DNA from: the human T2T-CHM13v2.0 reference genome, Homo sapiens
Assembly (NCBI RefSeq): GCF_009914755.1
Contig: NC_060925.1
Length of the DNA stretch: 64,000 nucleotides
Strand: one strand, 5' to 3'
In this document: in pieces, positions 41,780 through 56,504 of the stretch
How the letters are laid out: every line of letters starts with the position of its first letter
Position numbering within the stretch: the first letter of the stretch is position 1
Translations under genes and position numbers: made by a program
The notes under the pieces: generated by a model
Told to the model about the DNA's origin: nothing
The model's input: only the letters and a program-made list of their open reading frames with translations
The model's database searches: none

Positions 41780-43384
41780 CATTCATTCACTCATTCATTC
41801 ATTCATTAGCATTGTCAACCACCTGCTTGATTGTGCCCATTTCCTGCCTTTCCTGTTTCTATAGATGAATTATCTGTGTACCTGGTTAAGGCCACCCCTT
41901 ACTGTGCACTGCATTATATCAGTACTCACCCACAAGGGCTTTGCTCTTGCACTTGTCCCCGCTGTCTCCTGTATCATCAGTTTTCCATTCTATTAAATGG
42001 TATCCATTTATAAACATGCTATTTCCCTTTAAAAAGCCCTCTTTGACCCGAGGCACTCCTCTATCTATTGCTGTATTTCATTTCTCCCTTATAAGCAAAA
42101 CTCTCCCAAATAATTGTACTGGTCTACTGGTTTCCTCTCCTCCAGTCATCTTCTGGAAACTTCTAACCAAGTTTTCTCCTCACAATTCCACTAAAAGTGT
42201 TCTTCCTGAGATTATGACATTCCATGTGCCAAATATAATGACCAATTCCTTCACTTGGCCTCCAGAACACTGAATGTCTTTCCTTCCTCATGGGCTTCTC
42301 TTTCTCGGTTGGTTCCTCCTCATGTTCCTCAAGTCTAAATATTGGAATGCTCCAGAGGGTTGTGGACCTCTTCATTTTTGTCCTATAATAACTCCCTAGG
42401 CCAAGTATCTCAATCTAAATAACATCCGTATGCTGATGCTTCCCAAATTTATATCTCTAGCCAGACTTTTCCTCTGAACTCTAGATCTATGTCTCTCTCC
42501 AGCAGCCTTCTTGACAGCCAAAACTTAGCACATCCAAAATGGACATCATGGCTTTCTCCCCCCTACACCATGCCCTTGATGTAACATGTTCCAAATCTTT
42601 TCCATTGCAGTAAAATGCAATTCAATTTTTCTAATTACTCAGGTCAGAAATCTTGGAGTCTTGCATGATTCCTGTTTTTCTCTGATATTTCCCATTTCAA
42701 ATGCATCAGCAAATCCTATCAGCTCAACATTCACAAGGAAGCGAGACTGTCACCACTTCTCATCACCAGCTGTCGCTGTTCTGATCCAAGTAACCATTAC
42801 CTCAAACCTGGATTATCAAATTAACATCTTACTGGATCTCCCTTCTTTCATTCTTTCCCCTTTACAATTAATTCCTCTTGTAGCTGCCACAGTGATCCTT
42901 TATATTATCTGATCAGTTGTTTCATTCCTCTATTCAGAATCCTTTAACAACATCCTATTTCACTCAGAGTATGGGTCAATGTGCATGTACCATGCCTACA
43001 AATCTACCCTGGTCTCTACCTATTACTTCTCCAACTCCTTTCCTTCCCCTCACACCATCCCAGCCACACTGCTGCACTTGGTTCTCAGGCTAAGCAGGAT
43101 TTCTTATCAAGACCTCGGCCTTTTCTTGTTGTCAAGAAAAAACTTTCTCCAGATATCTGTATGGGCTTTTCTTTTCTTATTTCAGGTGGTGTCTTGAATT
43201 CATCTAATTGGAGAAGACTTTTTGGCCATCTATAAAAAATAGCAGTGCACATCTTTGCCTTTCTACCATCATTATCCCTGATTTGGGTTCTTTATAGCAC
43301 CTGATGTATATATCTACATATATATGTATTTTTCTATATCTACATCTATTTCATATCCATATGATCTGTATCTTTATCTATCTG

Positions 43385-43418
<34 letters not shown>

Positions 43419-43600
43419 ATCTATCTATCTAATCTTTGGTATTGTCTGTCTCTTTTCTCTCTCCAATTAGAATATAATCTCCATGAAGACAAAGAACTTT
43501 GTCTATTTTATTCATTTCTAAATCCTCAAAACTAGAACACATGGTAGCACATGGTAGGTAGTTAATACATATTTATTGAATGAATAAGTGAATAAATAGA
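41780..43600 (+). repeat. Long L2 remnant(s)
   Basis: 'gctgatgcttcccaaatttatatctctagccagac', 'aaatcttggagtc', 3' end 'ctccatgaagacaaag..atttattgaatgaataagtgaat'. Confidence 0.75.
43375..43431. repeat. Tetranucleotide STR with (TCTA)8 TCA (TCTA)3 core
   Basis: Directly visible tandem repeat. Confidence 0.95.
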
Positions 43601-44064
43601 CAAATGAGTTGCAGACTGTTTGGGTACCTTCCAGTTTTAAGCACTGAGGCCCCATGTTGAATGGGAGAGGGAAATGTGAACAGATAATTTAAAATATTAT
43701 GTGATAAATAAAATAGTAAAAATAACTATTGCCTTTCAAAGTAATTTTATCTGGAAATATAAATTTTAAAATTTAAAAAATATTATATAAAATTTAATAA
43801 GAGATTATTTTCTTTATAAAGAGAAAGAGGGGCATTTGGCAAGTATACTAAACTTAATAGCAAGAAAACTTAAATTCATATTGTGATTACATTGTTTACT
43901 AGCTGTAGAATCTTAGGAAAATAACTCATCTAGTCTCTTCCTCCCATTGTACCTAGTATACTATCTAATTTATTTTATAGTTGTGAAGATTTAGTCAGAT
44001 AATATCATACATAATGGGCATTAAGTAGATATTATTTTTATTTCTTTCCATATCTAATACTATA

Positions 44065-44473
44065 CTTTACATTCATAGGTTAACCTTCTGTGATCTGTCT
44101 TATTCCTCTGCAATTTTTCAATGACTTTCTAAATTCCCACTTCATTGACTTTCTTCCATTTTCTTCCTGTGAGACTTTTTGACATCATGTGATGCCATAC
44201 TCAGCCTCATCATCCCCACGAAGATTAATCATCTTTCTCTCCTTGCTTCAACAATATTGCATGTGATATTTAGCTCTATTTCTATGGATGGAAGCAAGGA
44301 GAGAAAGATGATTAATCTTCGTGGGGATGATGAGGCTGAGTATGGCATCACATGATGTCAAAAAGTCTCACAGGAAGAAAATGGAAGAAAGTCAAGGAAG
44401 TGGGAATTTCGAAAGTCATTGAAAAATTGCGGAGGAATAAGACTGATCACAGAAGTAACCTATGAAAGTAAAG
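44065..44473. repeat. Long inverted repeat: arms 44065-44249 and 44291-44473, 41-nt spacer
   Basis: Manual reverse-complement alignment: 44145-44249 and 44291-44395 are identical (105 bp); the outer ~80 bp has 5 substitutions and one 2-nt indel. Confidence 0.97.
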
Positions 44474-44705
44474 GAATCATATAATGTGTACTCTTTTGTC
44501 TATTTTTTTCACTCATCAGAATTACTTTGAGATTCTTGCATGTTGTTTTATGTATGCATAGTTAATCCTTTTTATTGCTGAACACTATTCCATTGCATGG
44601 ATATACCAAAATGTGTTTATTCATTCACTTGTTGACAAGCATTTGTTTTTATGTTTTTTTGCTATTACAAATAAAACATTCATCTGCCAAAAAAAAAAAA
44701 AAAAA
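44472..44705 (-). mobile_element. Old L1M (L1ME-like) 3' UTR fragment in antisense, ending in + strand AATAAA and A17
   Basis: 'ggaatcatataatgtgtactcttttgtc..tttttattgctgaacactattccattgcatggatatacca'; AATAAA 44670-75; A-run 44689-44705. Confidence 0.75.
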
Positions 44706-46309
44706 GAACTGGTGAGTTCTTTAGCTCTATTTCTATGGATGGAAAGCTGGATTAATTTTCAACATTGTAGGACAGTAATAAGTGAATATTTATTCTTTAA
44801 TTGGAATTATGTTTCTTTGAGTTGCTTGTCACTAATACGTAGTGAATCAATGGAAATGAAAAGGACACTCATAAAGTAACTGCATAGTGAGTACATAAAC
44901 CAAAACCATGGCTATCTTTTTACCCTGTGCTACAGCAAGGCTAGTGAAACAAGAGCAACATGAATATTTTTAAGAAAGAGTATCACAATGGTAAATTTTA
45001 TTTGTAGGGCATTATGTAGAAGAGAAAATTTTCAGGAATAATTATATTAGACTCATCTCTTTGATGACAGACACTATTTCCTATTCATATTGCAAAATAA
45101 TTGGCAAGTACATGTTTTAAAAAAATGAGTGTTTTTTTTCCTCTGAGACATCTGTATTTTACTACAGGTGGGACAAAGTTATTTCGGTCCTTATTTTGCC
45201 ACTAGGATATTGGCAGGCAGAGGGTGACAAAATAATGTAACATCTGAAATTTCAGGCTATGAGGAAACTCACATACATACAATTTGTCAGACAATTAGGA
45301 TATTTCTAAAATGTGAACAGATGTATAATAGAAATTAGCAAAATGAAAAATGACCTTTTTTTGTTTTTGATGGATACATAAAGAATTTATATGCAGTTTT
45401 CTAGGTTAGCCTAGTTAAAACCTCTTCTTTCTACATATTCAGTTAAGAAATAATTGTTAATTGAGACCAAGACATTATAATTGTTTCCCTTTTGTATTAT
45501 AATAATGAAAAATATCAAGAATTATATCTTATAACTTTTTACACAGGTCCAAGTGATGTTTTCTGAACTTGCATGCCACATTTTTTTAGCCAAGTGTTCA
45601 CCAGTTGGGAACTCCTAGGGGTTGTTTATTTTTCAGTGAAAGACAATCTTTTAAGGAGTTTATGTCCTAAATATTTTCTGGTTTTGCAGTAGCATACATC
45701 AGACATAGTCATTGTGTTTGGATTGGGATTTTCACTTTTAACATGTTCTCAAATTCTCTAGGCGTTTAATGTTTCCATCTGGTCCTCATAAAAGGTTTCA
45801 CATTTGTAATGCAGCTCAGGCTCCTACTCAGAGAGCATCATTATAATTCTATCCATGACTCTAGTTTGATAGAGCAGATACTTTTAAAACTTTGGATTTG
45901 TTTTTTGCTTTTGTGTTCTGTCTTAAACCTAGGAATAACACTTGAGTTTAATGGTTGTTTCTCTCTGAAAATAATCATAGTGTGCACACCATGACAACAG
46001 GCTCACACCCCACTTCCTTCTGTGCCGTTTGAAGCTCCTAGGGCAGAAGGAGTAACCACATTGTGAGCCCAGTATGAGGAAACTTAGCAGTCGTCTTACT
46101 TTCTCTTCATTAAACAATCTGTTCTCAGTCATCACAGATGGAGAGGATATTTTCAAGGACTTGAACATTTTCTTGAAATAGCCAAACAACTAGGAATCTC
46201 CTTTTGCCATGTTAAATAATAGGTTCTAGGGCACAATTTGAGCAAAGTTCACAGCTTCTAGCAAGGTCTTTTTATGTAGTTAGGTGTGCAGTGCATGTGG
46301 ATTTGTTTA

Positions 46310-46550
46310 GTGAGTATGTACTTAAGTAACACTATATGTCAGGCAATGCTCTAACTAAACTTCACAAATAGTAACTCATTTAATCCTCACAGTAACTTTA
46401 TGAATACGGTACTATTAGTATCCCCACCCAAGGATGTAGAAACTGAGGCATAAGGCAAAAAGACCACAGCTAGCAAGTGGAAGAGCCAGAATTAAAACCT
46501 AGGTGGTCTGGCTCAAGAATCCATGGTCTTAACTGTGAAACTGTGCTATG
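46310..46550 (-). repeat. MIR
   Basis: 'aactcatttaatcctcacagtaac..gaaactgaggca..cacagctagcaagtgg'. Confidence 0.85.
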
Positions 46551-46934
46551 ACTGAATGTGTTCAGTGTCAGATTTTCAAAGATCTATTATTATCTTCCCA
46601 GAATTGAATTGCACACTTTGTGGAACTCTCCCCAACACCATTCTTGATTCATAATTGGTACTCAGTGAATGTTTTTTTACCTTAGGATTTAATTAAGAGT
46701 GAGTGAAATGATAACTGATTTTGCCATCATTTGAAAAAAAGGCAGAACCAAAGGTGAATCATAATGGTAGCCAGTGGACAGGCAGTTTTTCATTCAGAAG
46801 TGTCAATGGATCCCGTTATCCAAGGATAACCTATATTTAAGGCCCAGATACTTCTAAGATGATGCTTTGGATTCTACATTTTCAAATCTGGAAGAACTAT
46901 CTTCATTTCACTAATTGTTCTTTACTGATACAGT

Positions 46935-48035
46935 TTTTTTAAATTTAAGTGTGGTGAAACACAACCCAAAATTTACCATCTTCGCTATTTCTAGGTGTAC
47001 AGTTCAGTAGTGTTACGTAATTCACATTCTTGTGCAACCAGCCTCCAGAACTCTTTTCATCTTTCAAAACTAAAAGTCTATACCACTTAAGCAACCACTC
47101 CTCGGTTTTTCTTCCCTCTAAGCTCTCAGAAACCACCACTTTTTAAAAAAAAAATAACTCATCCACCTATGGAAATTTAGGTTGCTTCCACCTTTTGGCT
47201 ATTGTGAATAATGCTGTTATGAACATGGATGTAAAAATATCTCTTTGAGACTCTACTTTTATTTCTTTGGGGTATATACCCAGAAATGGAAGTGCTGAGT
47301 CATATGATAATTCTATTTTTAATTTATTTCCCATACGGTTCTCCATAATGACTGTATCATTTGACATTCCCACCAACAGTGCATAAAAGTTCACTTTCTC
47401 CACATTCTGACCAATATTTATTATTTTCTGTTATTTTTTTCTGATAGAAGTTATCCTAATGGGTGTTAGATGGCACATCATCTTGGCTTTGATTTGTATT
47501 TTCCTAATGATTCGTGATGTTGAGCAGCTTTTCACGTGATTATTGGCCATTTATGTATCTTCTCTGGAAAATGTCTGTTTAAGTCCTTTGTACATTTTAA
47601 AATTGGCTTGCTGTGTTGTTGTTGAGTTGTAGGAATTCTTTATATATTCTAGGTATTAGCCCATTGTCAGATATATGATTTGCAAATATTGTCTCCCTTC
47701 TGTGGACTGGCTTTTCACTATACTCTTGTGTTCTCTGATGCACAGAATTTTTACATTTTTATGTAGCCTAATTTATCTACTTTCACTTTTTTGCCTATGC
47801 TTTCTGGTGTCATAGCCAAAAAATCATTATCAAATCTAGTGTCATGAACCTTTTCCCCTATGTTTCCTTATAGAAGTTTTATAGTTTGGGTCTTGTGTTT
47901 AGGTTTTTGATCCATTTTGAGTTGATTTTTGCATATCGTGTAAGATTAGAGTCCAACTGCTTTCTTTTGCAGTATCCAGTATCTTTTGCAGTATGTTTTG
48001 TTGGTACCCAGCTCTCCCAACACCATTTGTTAAAG
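46935..48035 (-). mobile_element. L1MA/L1MB 3' fragment with an internal deletion
   Basis: 'aaaatttaccatc..gtacagttcagtagtgtt'; reverse ORF2-like peptide ALPFLGIYPKE..SMFITALFTIAKRWKQPK. Confidence 0.85.
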
Positions 48036-48141
48036 AAAAAAACCATACAGATTTAAGGGAAACTCAGACCACATAGCTATAAACCTGGAGTTCCTCTCAT
48101 ACTTTGGTCCAAACCATAATAGATTTAGAAAGAATCACGAC

Positions 48142-48367
48142 TAAAGTTCTCAACTGGGGGCTCTTTTCTCCTGGCGAGAACATTTAGCAGTAGGTGGGGA
48201 CATTTTTGGTTGTCACATCTTGGGGTGGGAGTGGGGGTAGCAGTTGTTACTGGAATCTAGTGAGTAGAGGTTACGAATGTTGCTAAATACCCTGCAATAA
48301 ACAGCTCCCTAAAGCAAAGAAGTATCTGGCTTCAAATGTCAGTAGTGCTGAGGTTGAGGAACCCTGG
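48142..48367. mobile_element. MER20 DNA transposon
   Basis: 'ttctcaactggggg..gacatttttggttgtcaca..gctaaataccctgcaat..caaatgtcagtagtgctgaggttgaggaaccctg'. Confidence 0.9.
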
Positions 48368-48949
48368 CCTAGAGTATAGGGAAGTACAGGTTATGTTGTA
48401 GGACTGGAAAATTGGGGAATCTCCTTTTTTTGCCATTTGAGGGCTTGATGATCATTGCACAGGTGACTACCTAAGTGTCCAATTATTGACTACTTGGTAG
48501 TTGGTTTTTTAAAGATACCTGAATTTCATATACATCCAGTTAGGTTTTAACAACAGAATGCTATTTTGAGCTTAACTTTTGCCTTTAAGACTGTTCTTCT
48601 CACTTTCTTTCACCATAATTTTGTCCATTTATGCATTCATTTTCTCTTTTCTGTAAGAAAACAAGTAAATAATTGTAGGATTGATCATAAGAATTGGAGT
48701 CCTATTAGACTATACAATAATCAAGGATTACAGAAATGCCTAGAGATTGTCTTGGCCTAGCTGCTCCTCCTACTTCTGAGCTACTTACAGGAGAAAGATG
48801 CCCAATTGACAATATAAACATGAAATTAATTACTTTATAATAAATAGTTAATTTATAACACCCAGGCTTGTGTTTAAAATTCCAGAGCTTGGCTCTCTGC
48901 TGAACTGAGCTGGAGTACACGACTTCAGCCCAAAGTAATTTTATATTGG

Positions 48950-49870
48950 GTGTTTATGGTCAGGGAAACTTCGTTGCAGAGGTCATGCTTGAGCTGAGAC
49001 CTGACTGGCTAAAAGCCTCAAGCCATGAGAACATTTGGAAGAAGAGTATTTCCACAAGAAAAAAAAAACAGAAAATTAAAGTGCAAAGATCTTAAGGTAG
49101 GAATAAACTTGGCATGTTCAAGAAATAGAAATAAGGCCAGTGAGGCTGATGCTCTGAGTTACTGAGGATAACAGAAGTATGATGCAACTGCTGAAATCAA
49201 ATTAATATTTCTTTTTCCAGAGGAAAAGGTGGGGGGTGTTTGATTAGAACTTCTCCTGGTATAAGGGGAGATTCTCTCAACCTTGGACACCTGAAGTTGG
49301 CAGGTGTGTAAAGCATTGGTTTTGTATTGCATGGTTGGTTCACGTTATCAATTACTGTTTAAGTATTTATTTATTCACTTTTCAAAAACTGCTAATAATT
49401 TTCTATATTCTAGGCACCATTATAGGGCTAGGCATTGGAGAAATTGAGATGCATAAGACAAAATGCTTATGTTTAGGAGCTCGTAGTGTGCATTTATGGA
49501 TTGGATAGTTGGATAGAACTCTTCTAATTATTGACTATGTGACCTTGGGAAAGTTATTAAACCTCTCTGTGTCTGAGTATCTCCATCTCTAAAATGAGAT
49601 ATTTATTGCAGTTACTTCATGGAGTTGTTGTGAGGATTAAGTGAGTTAATACCTTTAAAGCAGCACCTGAGACGTAATAACCACTCAGTAACTTAGCTAT
49701 TATTGTTGTGGTGGTTTTACAGAAGCACAGGAAGAGACTCATTAATTCAGTCTCAAAGGTTAGAGAGAATTTAAAAGAAAAGGTGAAGTTTGAGTTCATT
49801 CATTAACTCATCATTTGTTTGATAAATATATATCAAGTGCCTACTGTATTCCACATACTACTTTTCTGCT
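48950..49870. repeat. L2 fragments with a MIR (~49520-49710)
   Basis: L2 'ttgagctgagacctga..ggcatgttcaagaaatag'; MIR 'tgtgaccttgggaaagttattaaacctctctgtg'. Confidence 0.7.
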
Positions 49871-51602
49871 ACGGCACATACTTCTTTCTTGCTGCCTGGA
49901 TTATCTTTGACACCATTATTCAGCTGTCAAACTTTAACATCCACATCATCCTCTTCAATGTAACCTTCTTCAGTTTAAGGAAGAGTATATATTAGAGATA
50001 AAAATTGTACAAATAATAATTTAGTTACAATTGTCAACCATGATATCAAGTGTAATCCAGTCAGTGAGAGGAAAAATGCAAGGAACATCTAAAAAGTGTG
50101 AAAGATAAGGAAATGTCTTAGCTAAGAGATGCAATATATGAGAGATAAGAAATGCAAAATATCATAAGAAAAAATAATCATAATCATCAACTTTGTAGGT
50201 TTCCCAAACTTCTTATAGTTTATGTATTTATCTTCTAATTTTCTAAGAGTTGAGCACTTATAACCAAAAGGGCTTCAATGCTTGCTTTTGAGTCAGCCAT
50301 AAGTGGATAAGGAGCAAAAGGATGCAGCTTGCTTTCAACGCCAAGTCAGACTTGTGTTGGAGGAGGTGTTTAGGGATGGGTTTTCTAAGGGAGAAGAATA
50401 TGTAGGGCACCTACTGAAGGAGAAGAGTATGGGCTCTTTGGCCATTCTTGCAGAGAAAACAACAGAGTGTGGGTGGGATAAGGAGCAGAACTAGGCTAGA
50501 ATAGGGAGCATTAGGTTGGAACAGGAGGGCTGGAGGGTAGTTCTCTGGAATTTTGATTGTGCCTATATAAGCAATTCTTTGCCTTTTTTTGGATTTACAT
50601 ACTTGATGTCTTCTTTCAGACTGTTGAATATTAGAGCAAACATTTGAGAGCAGAGAATTTATTGTATTTGTGTAACCAGTATCTCTCATTCTGCTGCATA
50701 TATATAAGGCCTTTAGTAAATGTTTGCTGAATTTCCCTATCAATTTATATATCAATTAATGAGATAATAAAATGAGATTGGAAGAAGAGGATCATATCCA
50801 GTAGACCTAGCCTATAATTTGTTCAATATTGATGTGTTTAAAAATTAAAAAAGCTACCTAGATAAAAGGCCAAAATATAACATGTAGTTATGACAGTCAG
50901 GGTTTATTTAGCATTTCTATAAGCCAGTAGCCTTTCAATTTATTCTGCATGTATTCAGTGGTGGTGGTAGACAACTGGTTTTGAGTCAAAATTGCATATA
51001 GGATCACATTTTCTTGCTAATTCAACTTTCTTAGTTCTAGGTTGGTAAATATTGTAGAAAAAGCAAAATGTTTCCCACATGTCTACAGATTTTCTTGCTT
51101 TAATAGCTTCATTTGTGATTTTGGGAACCAGAATATTTTTAAATAAAACAAGTCATTTATTCCTGGAATAAGTCCCTATGCCATGCATGTCTTGAGATTA
51201 GAAACTCAGCTGAGAGCAACTAGTGATTATTCCCTGACTACAACTATTTGTGAGATACAGAAATCTTAATGATGATAATCCAGTATTAGTGAGATTTTTA
51301 AAAAAAATATATATATATATTCAAGGGTGCTTTCCAAGAACAATTTATACCTCACCAATTATTTACTGAGTTGTATGTGGAAATTGGAATTAACTGGCAC
51401 CATTTATTTCAGTTACATTTTGAAACCACTTACAGATTGACACCTGGGTAACTGGCTATATTTTATATAGCTCTGCACGGATCATAGAGTTTTAGAGGTA
51501 GAAGTTAGTTTTTTCTTTTAGTGTTACTCTTGTAACAGGATGTATTTAACTGTTTCAGCAAAAGGAAGACAGACGTTTCCATCTAAAGAGTATGTGGTTT
51601 TA

Positions 51603-52014
<412 letters not shown>

Positions 52015-52823
52015 TCAAAGGACAATTCCAATATGAGGTTAATATTTTAATATCTTATATCAAAATATCTGAGCACCTAGAAACTGGCAGTGACAATTAA
52101 CAGCTTAAATGATTCTTCAAATAATTCAATTTAAGGGTAGGATTTGGAAACAAGTAGCATTATCAGACTGAAAATAACACCATTTTATAAGAATGTCTAT
52201 GGATACAATCTTAAGTTAGTGGCGTATGCCTTTTATATATTTATCCAACCATTATCCTCTATGTGCAAAGAATGTGATCTAAAGAATGTGTTAAGGCAGA
52301 TAATACGTGTGTATTATAATAATTAAAAGGTTCTGTGATACAGACTCTGACCTGAGGATAAAGTACTACAAGATATAATAACTACCATAATTTTATATTT
52401 TATAATGATAAAACTACCTATAGAATGAAATACCTCATATCTTACTTTTTGCTGCTTTTGGGTTAATTATGCACTTAAATAAATGGATAGAGTTCTTACT
52501 TACCGTTTTCACATTTAAATTCATCCTGATATGATGACATATAGTTTTAATGACCTGGTTAATACTGATGAAAACTTTCAGTGGCAGTGCCTGGGGCCAG
52601 TAGTCTGCTGCATATTTTATTTTTATATTATTGCAATAATAACAAAAGATATTGGTGCTTCTTTTCACCTACAAATAATCAATTAAGGAACTGAAGCTTA
52701 ATTTATTTAAAAAGCAATTTTTAGAACAAGTCGATAGTTCACATAGAGCTATTTAAATGTCCCATGCAAATTGATGGAATGTTCTAGCAAATATTATTTA
52801 GAAAATTATTATTATTGTTATTC

Positions 52824-53121
52824 TTTTTTTTTTTTTTTTTTTGAGATGGAGTCTTGCTCTGTCACCCAGGCTGGAGTGCAGTGGTGTGATCTTGGTTTGC
52901 TGCAGCCTCTGCCTCCCAGGTTCAAGCAATTCATCTGCCTCTGCCTCCTGAGTAGCTGGGACTACAGGTGTGCATTGAAATGCCTGGCTCATTTTTGTAT
53001 TTTTAGCAAAGACAGGGTTTCACCATGTTGGGCAGGATGGTCTTGATCTCCTGACCTTGTGATCCGCCCCCTTGACCTCCCAAAGTGCTGGGATTACAGG
53101 CATGAGCCACCGTGCCCAGAC
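52824..53121 (-). mobile_element. AluS (Sc/Sg-like)
   Basis: Reverse Alu; TSD tagaaaattatt. Confidence 0.93.
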
Positions 53122-53786
53122 TAGAAAATTATTTTTAATAGCTCACATTCTTTGCCCAGTCATTTCACACCGGTATTCCATAAGAGTTCCCTTGCAGCCA
53201 GAAACAGAAAGGATTAGATTTTAATATCATCTAACAATATTCTTTTGTTGTTTAATCACACTTTATAGTGCTAACCCAAATCTGATCTGGAAATCTGTTC
53301 AGATCCAGTTTGAGGAACTAGTTGAGTAGACAATACTCTCAGAGAGCTACAGGAACTAAATGTACATCTCTTGTTCATTTGTAGACATCATTCAAGCCTC
53401 AGGCTTGGATTCTTCATTTAGGTCTGCCAGTCAACAAGAATTCACTGGGTGGTTACTCATGACAGAGACCTGTATGAGACTGTGTACATAGAAGTCAAAG
53501 AAAAATAGTTACTATCGACAAGCATATATTGATACATATAGGCACAATTTTTCTTTCAAAAGTTTGCATTACTGTTGAGGAAAGTAGACATCTATATTTT
53601 TATAATGCCTATTTGAAATTTGTCCAGGAAATTCTGTTGCTGGTCAACAGTGTAGCTAGGCCTGGTATAAGAACAGGTCAGGTACAGTAGGATTCTGATT
53701 AAGGCAGGTGTCTGGCATAAAAATAGTGAACGTTAGGAAGGTAGGATTCCTGGTATATAGCATTACTTAAAGAACACTTTGAACTC

Positions 53787-56504
<2,718 letters not shown>

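Noticed and set aside
46815-46830. Palindrome GTTATCC-AA-GGATAAC resembling an RFX X-box
   Set aside because: Half-sites and spacing do not fit the X-box consensus; 7-bp stems occur by chance.
47963-47994. 13-bp direct duplication TCTTTTGCAGTAT
   Set aside because: Ordinary slippage or repair duplication inside an old L1.
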